Below, piece after piece: positions 23,756 through 37,262 of a stretch of 64,000 nucleotides of DNA. The stretch comes from Mobula hypostoma (taxonomy: Eukaryota): assembly GCF_963921235.1 (NCBI RefSeq), contig NC_086097.1, positions 112,284,001 through 112,348,000 on the forward strand. The letters are read 5' to 3'. The position numbers were made by a program, and so were the translations under genes. The notes below the pieces were generated by a model, which searched no databases, had not been told where the DNA came from, and saw only the letters and a list, made by a program, of their open reading frames with translations. Numbering within the stretch: position 1 is the first letter of the stretch; every line of letters begins with the position of its first letter.

Positions 23756-26508
23756 GATCGTTCATGTTGCTGGCATTGTCATAATTTTGACTACAGCAGT
23801 CTTTTATATCAATGTCATTTTCCTTTAAAAAGTCATGTAAACTTTGAGTGAGCTGTTCAGCACTATGACCTTGCACATCCAAAACTTCACAAATCATTCA
23901 ACTGGTCCAGAGGGCAAAACATAGCGAGTCAAAGTCAGCAGTGCACCCTCCAGCGGCGTAACAGTGCACGCTGCAGCGGCTTGGGAGCGTGGGAGATAGC
24001 ACAAAGGTCACCATGACACAGCAAGGAGCCAACACACGTGTGCACACACATACCATGCAGCCAGCAGCTCCCCGACATGAAAACAACAGCGTTGCCAGAT
24101 TGTCGTGAGAATACGGTGAGATGTCGATTTCACCAGCCTGCAACTTGCAAGCATTTAGTGTGGGGCCCTCGAAAATGCAGGGCCTGTAGCATATGCTACT
24201 TTTGTTACTAGGTTAATCCGGCCCTGCCCAGAGCCATCAATCGCTTTTCATAATGCAATCTATTCAATCCTGGAATCATTTTTGTGAACCTCCTTTGAAC
24301 CCTCTCCAATTTCAGCACATCCTTTCTAAGATAAGGGGCCCAAACCTGCTCACAATACTCCAAGTGAGGCCTCACCCATGCTTTATAAAGTTTCAATATT
24401 ACATCCTTGCTTTTATATTCTAGTCCTCTTGAAATGAATGTTGGATTTGAAAAACAATGAAAAACATTGAATTTGCCTTCCTCACCATAGACTCAACCTG
24501 AAAATGAACCTTCAGGGGATCCTGCACAAGGACTCTCAAGTCCCTTTGCGCCTCAGTTCTTCTCTCCATTTAGAAAATAGTCAACCCTTTCATTTCTACT
24601 ACCAAAGTGCATGACCATACACTTCCCGACAGTGTTTTCCATCTGCCATATCTTTGCCATTCTCGAATCTGTCTAAGTCCTTCTGTAGACGCTCTACTTC
24701 CTCAAAACTACCTGCTACATCACCCATCTCCATATCATCTGCAAACTTTGCAACAAAGCCATAAATTCCATCAACCATTGACATATAATGTAAAAAGAAT
24801 CAGTATCAATACAGACCCCTGTGGAACATCACTAGTCACCGGCAACCAACCAAAAAAGGTTCCCTTTATTCCCACTCTTTACCTCCTAACAATCAGCCAC
24901 TGCTTTATCCATCCTGAGATATTTCCTGTAATGCCATGGGATTGTAGCTTGTTAAACAGGGCCTTCTGAAAATCCCAGTACACAGCATCAACTGATTCTC
25001 CTTTGCCTATTCTAATTGTTATTTATTCAAAGAATTCCAACAGATTCAACAGGCAAGATTTTCCCTTGAGGAAACCATACTGTCTACAACCTATTTTATC
25101 TTGTTCTTCCAAGTACCCTGAGGCTTTATCCTTAATAATCAACTCCGACATCTTCCCAACCACTGATCAGACCAACTGGCCTATAATTTCCTTTCTTTGG
25201 CCTCTCTCCATTCTTGAAGAGTTGGGTAACGTTTGCAATTTTCTAGCCTTCCAGAACTATTCCAGATTCTTGAAATATCATTACTAATGTCTCCACAATC
25301 TCTTCAGCCACTTCTTTCAGAATCCTTGGGTGCACACCACCTAATCCAGGTGACTTACTTATTATTCTTGGGAAAATTTTTCTACAGGAGTGGTTTGCGT
25401 TTGCCGGTGACCCGGCATTATCAATACTCTCTGAGATTGCTTGGGGTCAGTGGTCGCATAACGTGGATTTGATCAGGGTAAGCAGGTGCTACACGTTGCC
25501 CAAGGCCGACCTGCGGGCCAGCAGAGGGAAGGAATGCCTTGCACCTCCTTTTAGCCCACCATGCTTATGTATGTGTACTAAAATACTAAAATAAATATGT
25601 TTATTATCTTATCAAATGGTTTAAAGTTCTGCTCACTCTTATGCTGTGTTAATTTTTGTACTAAGGCAGTGAATAGCAGGTTAATTGTAACAAAAGCACA
25701 TTAAATTTTGTTTTATAATTACACTGGAACCAAACAGAAAATGCTGGTTATAAAAGATTATTATAGACAGGTCTCACAGTCAATCATCATCTAATAAACT
25801 TCATATTGCATCCTTCAAGTACTTCTCCCATCCTTCCCTCTGCTTTAATATGACCAATGCCTCTTCACATTACTGGCACCGAGCACTGTTAGACCACCCT
25901 CTATCCTACTGTTTTCTGGGTGAAATGCTTTTATTCCAGAAAGGCAACAATGAATAGTATGAACTGATCTATTTCACAGATGATCTATCTGATGTCAAAT
26001 CCCAATTGTGTGAAGTTGAACAGTTCAAATAATGTGCACCAAGCTGCCCAGCCATGTCACAAAGCACCACATCATCAGGTTAATATATGTGCCTAAGTTT
26101 TAAAGCACACACATTATAGCAAAAGTGAGCTAGCTTACTGAAGAATAAATATCTTGGAAGTACATTTCTTTCTTTGTTACAATCTAAAAAGTCTGAAACT
26201 TTTTTCCTAACAACACTGGGAGCACTTTCTACACACTGACTTCAGTAGCTCAATACTAACTCAAGAGGAGAAAGGGATAATTAGATCTATGAATAATGAA
26301 AATAAATCTGCATTTATACAAATTCATCATCAGAATGTTAATAATAACTTTTGTTAGTGCAGTAATAAAAAGGAAAATCTGCTGTAGTGGTGCAATACAT
26401 TCATGGCTTTGAATTACTATGATGTTAGATTCACCTCTAGTAGACTTGCAGATCTACATAGAGGGAAAAGGAAAATCAGGGACAGCTGGATTGAGGAATT
26501 GTCCGTCC

Positions 26509-27850
26509 TGTTGTGTATTTAATATTTCAGTAATATCTGAGTAATATTGTAAATGTATTGTTTGGTTCAGGGTTCCTTGTTATTACATAATTTATTATGA
26601 ATTATATGTAAAAGTACATGAATGCCATACGTTGTTATGTCACATCTGTGCATGCCTTGCTGAAAGTAAAAATAAAGATTTCACACATCTCTTGGGCTCC
26701 ATGTTTTTCTATTGATTGGTTCTGGGGTTAGAAAAGGTAAGAGTGGCAACAAGGTGTCTTTAAAACAAATTTGAGATGTCTACCTACCTGTTGAAGCACA
26801 GCAAGATTTATGAGTTAGAAAAAGCAGCACAGCATGCGTCTCTTTGGAAGGGCTAGAGAAAACAGTGTTGAGTTAAAACAAGAGGCAGAAAATGGGACAT
26901 TCAAGGTTTCATAAACATTGAGTGCTGAGTAATAATAATCATAAATTTTTAAAAAGTAGAAAAACTGACTACATCAGAAAGATAGACCTGCTCGATTGAA
27001 TGAGAGATAACTGGATATTGTGTACGTAGCAAATTGAGTAGTATGTTGAAGCAAATGAAATAGCCAATGAAAAGTGAATGCCAGGTTTGCTGAGTCATTG
27101 GGTTCAAAGGGTTACAGTATGTTTAGAAGGCTGGTCGGTGGTGTCATAGCATCCACACTGGACTTTGAGGCGAGAGTCCCAGGTTCGAATCTGGCCGGCT
27201 CCTTGCATGCTTTCCATCCGTGCTGGGTTGTGCATTGAGCTAACAACTTGATCTCATAAAAACAGATAAGAATGCTAAAGAAGTGGCAAGATTGCTGCCT
27301 GATGCACCACAAGGCATGAAAAGGAACAATGAGTTTGCTTAGAAGTTTAGCTGCTTCAACCAAACCACCTGAAATGAGCTTTGCTTATATTATATAAGTA
27401 ATGTAGGAACAGTTAGAACCAAAACCATTATTGACTACAGTAGGTTTCATAAGTAGAATCAAAAGGAAGGGGAGTCCATTTCAGTGTATATGGCTGAATT
27501 AAAGAGATTGTTTGAGCATTGTCAGTTCAGTGATGGGTTTAATATTGCACTAAGAGATTGTTTAGTTTGTGGAATCTTACAAGAAAACCTTCAAAATGGC
27601 TCCTAACTGGTGCAACTTACATTTAAAAGAACAGTTGAAGTAGCAGACAGAGATGCAATTGAGTTGCAGTCAGGTATGAAAGTGAGGATAAACAAAATTG
27701 TAATGTCTAAACAGAAGCCTGCCTTGCCGAACAAATTGTATTACTGTTGTGGCAGGACTCACATACACCAGACCAATGCAAATTTAAATGTGAAACTTGC
27801 AGAAAATGCAACAAAGTAGGACACACACAAAGAGCATGTCAGATAGGAGC
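26509..27850 (+). mobile_element. Decayed Gypsy element: 5' LTR, PBS and gag remnant
   Basis: TGTTGTG start; PBS-like TGGCAACAAGG near 26744; gag remnants LEPKPLL...NQKEGESISVYMAELKRL...ALRDCLVCG. Confidence 0.75.
27130..27331 (+). mobile_element. tRNA-derived SINE inserted in Gypsy gag
   Basis: B-box GGTTCGAATCT; 14-bp TSD agtatgtttagaag / agtttgcttagaag (27116-27129, 27332-27345; 2 mismatches). Confidence 0.8.
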
Positions 27851-28629
27851 AATTTGCGATTGAAATTTGATTATCTCTTTGAGTGAAATGCACAAATGAA
27901 TATTTTGGGGTTACTTTGTGTTACTCTTCAAGGTTTGAGTCAGCCTTTATGTCTCAATGCAGCTTCAAGATCTATTGCAGACTGTGAAGTCTGATGCCAG
28001 CACAATTACCTATGCAGGGACTGTGGACATGATTCTAGTGTTTAAATGGTTCTCATAGCACCAAATACCTGGCTCCAACAACACCTAATATTTTGTGCGT
28101 CACTTCAAGGCAGCTGAATATTCTCGTTAGAAAATTAGGACATTGATTCAGATCTTACACTGGCTCCTTGGACCCTGGTTCTCTGTGTTTTGGAACACGT
28201 GGTTCCCTTCCATTGTGGTTAGAGATGTATTTCCAGCTGACTGGTGAGACACAGGACCTCTCATAAATGACAAAACTGACTGAAGCAACAGTACACAAGA
28301 AACTGCAGATGATGGAGTCTGTAGCAAAAGAACAAACTCCTTGGAGGAACTCTGCTTTATTTGCAGAGCTTGTATTATTTTGCACACCAGCTGCTGTCAG
28401 TATTCATCTGTGTGTAGCTTTCCTATTGCGTTTCTCTGTTCTTCTCAGAATGCCTGCAAGAAAATGAATCTCATAGTAGCATATGGTGATATATGAATAC
28501 CTGGATAATGAATTTACTTTGAACTTTGACCTGCTGAGTTCCTCCAGCAGTTTGTTTTTTTTTGTTAAGAATACCATTAATTTTTGCCATGATTACACCT
28601 CTACCCAACCTACACAAAATGCAACTTAC

Positions 28630-28760
28630 ACAGGACTGACGAAGGGTCTCTGCCCGAAACATTGACTGTACCTCTCCCAATAGATGCTGCCTGGCCTGCT
28701 GTGTTCTACCAGCATTTTGTGTGTGTTGCTTGAATTTCCAGCATCTGCAGATTTCCTACT
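28630..28760 (+). mobile_element. Penelope-like terminal fragment with hammerhead core
   Basis: CTGACGAagggtctctgcccGAAAcattgact followed by the shared gatgctgcctggcctgctg tail. Confidence 0.75.
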
Positions 28761-29341
28761 GTCTACCTCAACCTGCTGGCTTTCTAATCTGCTGTTTAAT
28801 TTTAACATATAAGAGCATCCTTGACAGCCATGCAGGATCCATTTTGTAAATTAGTCTAAATTGGAAAATTTGAATACTGTTTACATCTGAAAGGACTTAA
28901 AAGCAACACAAAGCAAACCAAATCAATCAGAATTGAACAGAAAGCTATCTGACCCAATGTACAAGGCAGTGCTGATCACTACAATTTGCTATTAATGTCA
29001 AGCCTCCAGCTTTTTTATATTAATTGGGTTATTGTTACATACAATTGTTACAATATTTATTATCCAAAAAAACCTATTTAGTATCTGATAAAAAATTTGC
29101 AAGTATCATGTAATTATACAAATGCTAATCATTATTCATCACAAATATTCCAGGTTGCTAAAATCTGATTCCTGGCACAGATCTTCAATCACTGGGATGC
29201 ACAAGAGCAACTAAATTTTCTGCCCTGGTCTATGTATATTAAATAGACTATAGAGCAGGAGCTAGAAAGTCTGTTTGGAAATAACTGCAAAGTCTCAGGG
29301 AACAGACATATTGTGCTATATCAGCTATTCATTGAACCTTA

Positions 29342-29985
29342 CACTCAATAGCGACTTTACTAAGTACAGGAGTGGAACCCAGTGCGGTCTTCTGCTGCTG
29401 TAGACCATCCTCTTCAAGATCTGATGTGTTGTGCACTCTCATCTGCACACCACTGTTGTAATGCTTGTTTATTTGAGTTGCTGTCGCCTTCCAGCCACCT
29501 TAAACCATTCTGGCCATTCTCCTTTGATCTCTCTCAATAACAAAGCATTTTGTCCACAAAACTGCTGCTCACTGGATGTTTTTTTTTGTTTTTCACACAA
29601 TTCTCTGTAAACTGTAGAGATTGCTTTGCATGAAAATCCCAGGAGGTCAGCAGTTTCTGAGATCCTCAAACCAGCCCGACTGGCACCAACAATCATTCCA
29701 TGGTCAAAGTCACTTAGATCACATTTCTTCCCCATTCCGATGTTTAACCTGAACAGCAACTGAACCTCTTGATCAAGTCTGCATGTTTTTATGCAATGAG
29801 TTGCTGCCACATGATTGGCTGATTAGATACTTGCATTAGGGAGGGGAACACCGACTCAGAACATGAGAGGCCTGTGTCAGGCATTTTCATGCCTTACAAG
29901 GTGCAGATTGGAAGTCTGTGTGGGGCGCCACACAGGTATTAACAAACAGGTATACAGGTGCGCCCAATAAGGTGACCACTGAGTG
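29342..29985 (-). mobile_element. Tc1-like deletion derivative
   Basis: TA TSDs; imperfect TIRs CACTCA.T.GC.ACTTTA.T; N-terminal HTH MGKKCDLSDFDHGMIVGA...ISETADLLGFS. Confidence 0.85.
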
Positions 29986-30169
29986 TATATAAAAATCAGG
30001 GTACTGAGTGGAGTACGAGTGCATATTACAAGGATTCAAGATTTACGAAGCTAAACAAAGAATAATGCAGACCAATTTAATCTTGTTGATATTGATGGAC
30101 CCATCATATCGATTCAGTTATAAACAACAGAGCTATATTTTATAAGGAGTTTGTGAGGACTTGATCTGT

Positions 30170-30655
30170 TACTGAAGACACTGGCAGATTTCTATTGATG
30201 TACCGTGGAGAGCATTCTAACTGGCTGCCTGTCTGGTATGGGGGGGTTGGGGGGTGGGGTCACTGCACAGGATCAAAATAAGCTGCAGAAGGTTGTAACC
30301 TCAGTCAGCTCCATCAATGATACTAGGCTCCCCAGCATCTAGGACATCCTCAATGAGGCATCCATCATTAAGAACCCCATCACCCAGGATATGCCCTCTC
30401 TCATTGTTACCATCAGGAAGGAAGTACAGGAGCCAAAGGACACACATTCAATGATTCAGGAACAGCTTCTGCCCCTCTGGCATCCAATTTCTGAATGGAC
30501 ATTCAACCTATGAACACTACCACACTACTTTCTTTTATCTCCTTTTGCACTACATATATATTTTAATTATAGTTTTTATTATGTATTGTAATGTATTGCT
30601 GCTGCATAACAACAAAATTTGTGACATATGCCGGTGATGAAAAACCTGATTCTGA
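30170..30655 (+). mobile_element. Rex1/Babar-type LINE 3' fragment
   Basis: ttctattgatgtaccgtggagagcattctaactggctgc...; tail aaacctgattctga. Confidence 0.75.
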
Positions 30656-30743
30656 TCAATTTTCATATCAGTGAGTAGGGTAAACATACATGTTGATGTA
30701 ATGATTGCCTTATAAGCACTCAAAGTAAATTGAAGTGAACCTA

Positions 30744-31262
30744 CAGTACTGTGCAAATGTCCTAGGCACATACCGTATATATAGATAGGGTGCCCAAGAC
30801 CTTTGCTCAGTACTGTATTTGTTAACGTGGAGTGGAGAGTGAGTTTGTAAAGGATGTTGGGAATGGCGAGGATGGAGCACTATGGGAGGGGTGTGGGACT
30901 GGTGGCAGAGAAGGAGTGCCAGGGTGGGGGAGGGAGGTATGAGTGTAGGCACACCCAACCCTGAGACACCAGGCAAGGTCATTTGATTCCAAACAACTGG
31001 TTTATTGATCATTACAGAATGTCTCTCCGGTCCTTCCCACACCCTCCCCTCTCCCTTCCCATTTTTCCAACTCTGATTTCCCTCTCCCTACCCCCTTTCC
31101 CCTCAGTCCACAATAGAGACCCATATCAGAATCAGGTTTATCATCACTCACATATGTCATGAATGTTGTTTTTTTGTGGCAATATTACAGTGCATTAGGT
31201 AAAATTACTACAGGACTGTGCAAACGTTCTTAGGCATAAATAAAACTTTTGGACTGTACTGT
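30744..31262. mobile_element. Composite Tc1-type MITE: two mini TIR pairs (30744-30815, ~31211-31262) flanking ~390 bp
   Basis: ta-CAGTACTGTGCAAA...TTTGCTCAGTACTG-ta; a degenerate second pair lies at the right end. Confidence 0.6.
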
Positions 31263-34200
31263 TTCTGGAATATTGGAAATATTTTGCAACTTAAAGTGAT
31301 GGAAATGGCTAAGGCTGATCTTTTTGAATCATGTCAGCTAGTTGAGAATACCATTCAACATTATACTTCAGGAGATTTGCCAAGGGAGTAAGTGATTCAG
31401 GCTAGAAGTTGGATTCAAATCCCTGAAGCTTCATTTTGTTCTACGGGCAGCATATTATTAAGGAATTATTAAATCCAGATCACAGAGGCAATGAACTGAT
31501 TATCTTCATTACATTGTTAGTGATATTGGAAGGTCAGATTTAATGCAGGAAAATAGGTCATCTTTCTTATAAGTCTCCATTTCATCCCTTACACCGGGAA
31601 ACACGAGTTTCCAGTATGCCAGTTTAAAAAAGGCGAAATATATATAGTAAAGTTTCAATAATCCAGCAAGTTTAGGGCTTTGATGATGTTGGGATGGCAG
31701 ATATTCTATATTACTTTTACCTCAATACTCTTCTATTTCTTTTAGATGTGTATGATAAATGCTGTGATAGACCAGGTTAGTTGGAAGGAAAAGTGAGAAC
31801 GTGTTCTCCAGTGAACCGGGGGGGGGGGGCGCGGGGATGGGTTCCAAAGTCCTGCGTACTAGGAGACGTGTGGAAAGCAGGGCCCTGGGCCCTAGATAAT
31901 GGAAAGAGATAATGGGAACTGGGACCCATTGAGTGGCAAGGCAGTGTGAGAGCTAGGGGTCCAGATACACTAGAGGGAGCACTAGAACTCAGGCTCAGCT
32001 GAAGTGAAAGGGAGCATGGCATACATTACCTAATGAGTTAGATGTTGAACCATTGGGTTTTTCAATTGGTGAGAGAGCAGATTATCAGAGTTTTATTGCA
32101 CTTATATATCGCACATTCGTGATTCTATACCTGGGCTGTAGATTCTCACTATTTGGATGTATTTACTGCTGAGATCAATTAATATTTCACCACAGAAAAC
32201 TGTGAAACTGAAGAGAAAGCAGGAAAATGAGCTTTAAGTACAGGATCACCCATGACTTTATTGGATGGTTGAGGGGTTTTATACTGCATCCCTGTTTCTT
32301 TCTCATCCCTTTTGGGAATACAGGTGATGAGAGTCATTAAAGCAACAAGGCAGAGCCAAAGTACAGGTGCACCGACGACCATGTCAATGCATAAAGTCTT
32401 GAGTACTGAACTACCATTGTATCCCTTCCTTTGCCCAGCACAGGAGCAGACACACGTTCAGGGAGTAAGGGATGAGAGAGGGCTGGTGACTGTGGCCTGA
32501 AATGGGGCCTAGTCTGGGTTGAGTTGATGGTACTTGGCCAGAAATTCAGATGCAACCAATGCCTAAATGTATGCAGAAAGGGGTGGGATGTTGCTGAGGC
32601 AGGTGTTGGGAATTCACTGGATAATTAAGACAACATCAGGACTGTTAGGTGGGGACAGTGACTGACGGATCTGGGTTGTAGGGGTGGAGAGGTGATTAGT
32701 GATTGACTGGAGTTGAGCCCAGATGCACAAGAGCAATTCACAAACAGAAGTGTCAGGTCAAGATTCCAGCAAAGTATGATTTGCCTTCGCTTTTCACGCT
32801 GGCAACATGTATTTTCCCACATGGAGATCAATGATACACATCAGGATTTCCAGACCAACATGTTAATCTTTGCACTGTAAACTATCCATGCTCAGCAGTC
32901 CCACATTTTAGGTACATCTTTCGAATTGGATCTGGGTTGATGGAAGCTGTTAGTAGAGAGGCTAATCTGTGGTGGCAAAAAAAAATATGTAGCAGATGCT
33001 GGAAATCTTAAAACAGGAAATGCTGAAAAAATTCTCAGCAGGTCAGGCACCAAAGATTGGTGGAAAGAAAAGCGAGCAAGAACTGAAGGAGATTTCCACT
33101 AAAGAAAGATATTGAACATTTCCCCCATAGCACTTCGGCTAAAATAGTGAAAGAAGACATACATTTATGATTCACATAGTTTGATTCCCAATTATGTAAC
33201 TTTTTAAAACTTCTTTTGGGAAAGTGCAAAAGATCAGAGCTGAATTTTTATGTTTTCAGCTGATGACCTCTTTTATATCTTTACAGGTAAGAATACAAAA
33301 TTGGGACCAGAAATATTGTCACATTGTTAGCTCTAAGGACAACAAGTGTGCGGTGACCTCAACAGTGAAGTCATTGCCTGGGGTCAATTAATATAAACTA
33401 AGGACAAAGATCTGGATTTTGGAGGTTTTATTCAAATGACCCTCAATTTAAGACCCAGTTTTGAAATTAAGCAAACAATATCAGGATAAAAGAAACAAAA
33501 TTCATAAGGCTAACTTTTGTTTAAGTTCAGTGTTTTCCACGCTCAGATTCTACCCTCTTGTAACAATTTAAATAACTTTTTGATCTGGATCAGCACTTAC
33601 ATCAATTCAGATAAAAATCAGTTTTATAGCTGTTTACTTAAACATTCTGGGCTATGTCCATTTTTATCAAAGGTATAGAACATAAAAAACTTCCATTAAG
33701 TGTTGAAGTATCAAGATGGACACCTCTCTACCAAAGTTAGGCAGAAGCAATAGCATAAATTGGTTCTTTTTTATTTGTATATATTTCATTCAGGAATTAC
33801 TACTCAATAGTTGTTTTCAGGAGCCTTGACATGGAAGGTTGTTGCTCCTTTTATAATTTTCACATGGGGATTATGACAACATTCTAATTGTAAGGTACAT
33901 TCATTTCAACTAATCCTACTTCTAATAAAGATGTACCACCCGACACTGACATTAAAAAGTCAAAGACTAATCAGTATAATGTGCGCTTCAATTTTCTACT
34001 GACCCTCTAGTGTCTGTGGTAATGCCAATATGGGATTGCATTGCCTATGTGAAATTGGAATATTTTATATCCTCATTGATAATTGGGTGGACAAGGACTT
34101 GAAACTTATGAATAATTATGATACCACAATTATTCACCTGGCCTAGTTTTATTGGCCTTCTGACCCCAGAAACTTCACAATGAAGCAGCACGAGGCCTCA

Positions 34201-34837
34201 GCCCAAAACTGGATCAGCATGTATAGTGCAGAAACCTCAACCCGAGAATACCCTTATAACTTTAACAGGAGGTAAGTTGGTCTCACTTCCTGTCAAAGCA
34301 CATCAGGCTCCAAAAGTCTTTAAATATCTCTGATACTAAATTAGCAATTAATACAGTACAATGAATAAGAATAAACACAGATCTTCTTCCTCCTAATCTT
34401 CTGTCCAGGAATCCTCATTCAAGTAAATAGGAACTCCTCGTTTGTCAGGTCTGTTGGTGTAGGATTCTTCAAAGATGGAGTCCAGGGATGCCACAGACTG
34501 ACAGAATCTTGAGCTTGTTTTTGATTCATATCTAGAACATTCTGCAAGAGACTGAGTGCCATAGCTCCCATTGGAACCCAGGTTTCAGCCAGCACAATCT
34601 ACCCTTCGATTTACCTTAAATAATCTGCTATAAGGAATATAAATTGCTTGGAGGCACTAATCTGGAATGCGCCACATAGAAGACAGGTCAATAATTTATG
34701 AACTTGTGTGAGTGTTTGTATTGCATTAAATGGTCAATTGTCAGCTGCCGGATATCGCTATACAAGATGTGAAGTTGAGTCAGTGAAACCTGCACCACTT
34801 TCTACAGATGCTGCCTAACTGATGAGTTTTTCTAGCA

Positions 34838-34897
34838 ACACACATCAAAGTTGCTGGTGAACGCAGCAGGCCAGGCAGCATCTCTAGGAAGAGGTAT
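34838..34897 (-). mobile_element. 60-bp Penelope-derived insert with 13-bp TSD
   Basis: TSD AGTTTTTCTAGCA at 34825-34837 and 34898-34910; insert near-identical to 51441-51500 and the matching part of 60672-60734. Confidence 0.85.
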
Positions 34898-35751
34898 AGT
34901 TTTTCTAGCATTTTCTGCTTTTGTTTCAGATTTCCAATATCTGCAAGATTTCCATGTCAAGTTTTTAGTAATCCATGATTAACTTTTTAGCACAGGCAAG
35001 CAAGCCCAGCAATATACCTTTAAAAATAAATTACCTATAACAGAAACTAATTTAGCAGGAAACTTTAATTTTGATTACCATAATTTTGACAAAATTACGT
35101 TCATTCCAAAAACTTCAGTGTGAAAAAATACTTATAGCAAATGCCTTTGTTCATAGTTGTAGAACACACTTCCATCCTGTGATGTCTGAAAGCAAATAAG
35201 AAGTGCCATTCTTAAGGGATTTTTAAATTCGATAATGCGTTCAATCGTTCGTAATGCATTCATTAAATTTTATAATTTGAATTTGTACATAGGCAAAATC
35301 ATAATTTATTTAGTGTTTAAGTTTTTGTTCATATTATTTATTTTGTTAATTATTTAACTCTACATTAATTGCTTTTAAATGAAGGCCTAAGGCTTATTAA
35401 CAGCCATATAGTGAACAGGAAATAGGAAATTTGGCCAGCTGACTGATTTGACACACAAACCTGCAAAAGGTTACCATTGGTGGAGGGAGGGTAGCATGAT
35501 TTAGGAGCAGGTCTGAACAAGGACAAATTTGATGCAACGCTATTCTTACCAAACATGGAATTACTTATATTTCATATGCACATTTCACAGTATTCAAAAT
35601 GAAAGCAGACAAGCTGACCATTTTATGTCTTTCCATGTCAGCTTTTTACTAGTAACATAGTTTTAATTTTAATTCTTAAAAAAAGAGATCAATTTTATAA
35701 CTTGAGCAGAACTAGAAGCAGAAGTTTCAGTCAACTATTCTTACACAATTA

Positions 35752-36096
35752 CCATGGGTGATTGATAAGTTTGTGGCCTAAGGTAGAAGGAGATGAGTTA
35801 TACAGCTCTTGTTACATGCACATGCAGTTCAACTCTTTGAGTGATTATGCAGAAAGTTTGAAGTTAATAACTCATCTCCTTCTACCTTAGGCCACGAACT
35901 TATCAATCAACCCTGCTGTAGACCACTTTTTGGAGGTCCAAGACGCCGACTTTTACAAAGAAGGGATCCGTATGCTCTATGGCCGTTGGACTAAGTGTGT
36001 AAATGTAGGAGGGGACTATGCTGAAAAATAAATGTGCTAGGTTTTCTAAAATTGTCTCCTTCTACCGTAGACGATGAACTTATCAATCACCCCTGG
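35752..36096 (+). mobile_element. mariner-derived MITE with an extra internal TIR
   Basis: TA-flanked; TIR GGGTGATTGATAAGTT.GTGGCCTAAGGTAGAAGGAG; encodes the mariner C-terminus FYKEGIRMLYGRWTKCVNVGGDYAEK*. Confidence 0.85.
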
Positions 36097-36104
36097 TATA
36101 TATT

Positions 36105-36560
36105 CTTACAAACACAAAGTGCAGGAGGAACCCGCAGTCAGGCAGGATCTATGAGAGGAATGAACAGTTGACGTTTTGGTCCAGGACCCTTCTTCAAACT
36201 GGACAGGAAGTGTGAAGAAGCCAGAATAAGATGGTGGTGGGCAGGGGGGAGGAATACACGCTGAAAGATGATAGGTGAAACCAGGTGAGGGCTAAGGTGG
36301 GTGGTTGGGAGAGGTGGAATGAAGTCAGAGTCTGGGAGGTGATGGGTGGAAGAGGTAAAGAGCTGAAGAAGAAGGAATCTGATAGGAGAGGACTGTGGAC
36401 CATGGAAGAAAGGGAAGGAGAAGGGGCACCAGAGGGAGATGTAAACACAAAATACTCAGCAGATGCTGGGGTCAAAGCAACACACACAAAATGCTGGAGG
36501 AAATCCGTGGAAATGAACAGTCAACATTTTGGGCCGAGACCCTTCGTCAGAGAGATGATT
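36105..36560 (-). mobile_element. Penelope-like terminal fragments (two degenerate hammerheads)
   Basis: Same family motifs as 51403-52094; hammerhead remnants near 36165-36200 and 36519-36552. Confidence 0.7.
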
Positions 36561-36669
36561 GGCAAAAGAGGAGAGAATTCCAGATAACTAGCATAAACGA
36601 CTGCTTATAATGTATGGATTAATCAAAACCAGTCAACTTAATAGGTCACATCTGAGATTTTGTGGACTG

Positions 36670-37262
36670 AACATAGAACACAGAGAGTACAGGAATAGCC
36701 CCTTTGTCTGTTGCAAACATGATGGCTATTTAAACTAATCCTATCTGCCTGCACATGGTCTATATCCATTCATTATCTGCCTGCAAAGTACCTGAATCAA
36801 AGCTTCTCAAATGACGCCATCTGATCTGGTTCCATCACCTCCCTTGACAGCATGTTCCAGACTCCGACTGCTTCTGTGTAAAAAACCTAAGCTTGCCTCT
36901 TAAATCTCCTTTCAGTTTGTCTCCTCTCACCTTAAAGTAATGCTCACTAGTATTTGACATTTGCACCCCAGACAAAAGGCTGTAACTAACCACCCTATCT
37001 AACCTTTCATTATTTTATGTACTTCGATCAAGTTGCCCTCAGCCTCCAACACTACAAACAAAGCAATCTGGGTTTAACAAACCATCCTCATAGCCAATAC
37101 TCTCCCATGGAAGTAACTTCCTGGTAAACGTCTTCTCTACCCCCTCCAAAGCATCCGTATACTTCCTGTAATGCAGTGAGTCGAACTGTGCACAATAATC
37201 CAAATTAAGCCCAACCAAAGTTTTACACGGCTACAATATGGCTTCCTCACTTTTATAATCAA
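36670..37262 (-). mobile_element. Old CR1 3' fragment
   Basis: aacatagaaca tail; decayed aactgtgcacaataatccaa (LEYCVQF-type) region. Confidence 0.7.

Larger units (their letters stand above)
18815..24226 (-). mobile_element. hAT DNA transposon, internally deleted, interrupted by a CR1
   Basis: Perfect 14-bp TIRs CAGGGCCGGATTAA (18815-18828, 24213-24226); degenerate 8-bp TSD aatAGAGC/cccAGAGC; subterminal repeat GGGCCTGTAGCATATG at both ends. Confidence 0.92.
18442..25358 (-). mobile_element. Outer CR1 LINE (18442-18814 and 24227-25358) interrupted by hAT
   Basis: LYKAWVRPHLEYCEQVWAPYLRKD and AKFADD motifs; sequence is continuous across the hAT insertion. Confidence 0.85.
18392..25560 (-). 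mobile_element. RTE-related short retroposon split by a CR1 (pieces 18392-18441 and ~25360-25560)
   Basis: The left piece is the reverse complement of the RTE tail at 62761-62820. The right piece has an RTE-like gcaaaccact motif on the minus strand. Joining the two pieces is an inference. Confidence 0.55.

Noticed and set aside
25470..25560. Possible second HDV-like fold on the minus strand (GGGCAA, short hairpin, GCTTA)
   Set aside because: P1 and P2 cannot be paired convincingly in this decayed copy; a family consensus would be needed.
32179..32382. Short ORF with a hydrophobic, signal-peptide-like N-terminus
   Set aside because: No homology or splice support; expected by chance in 64 kb.
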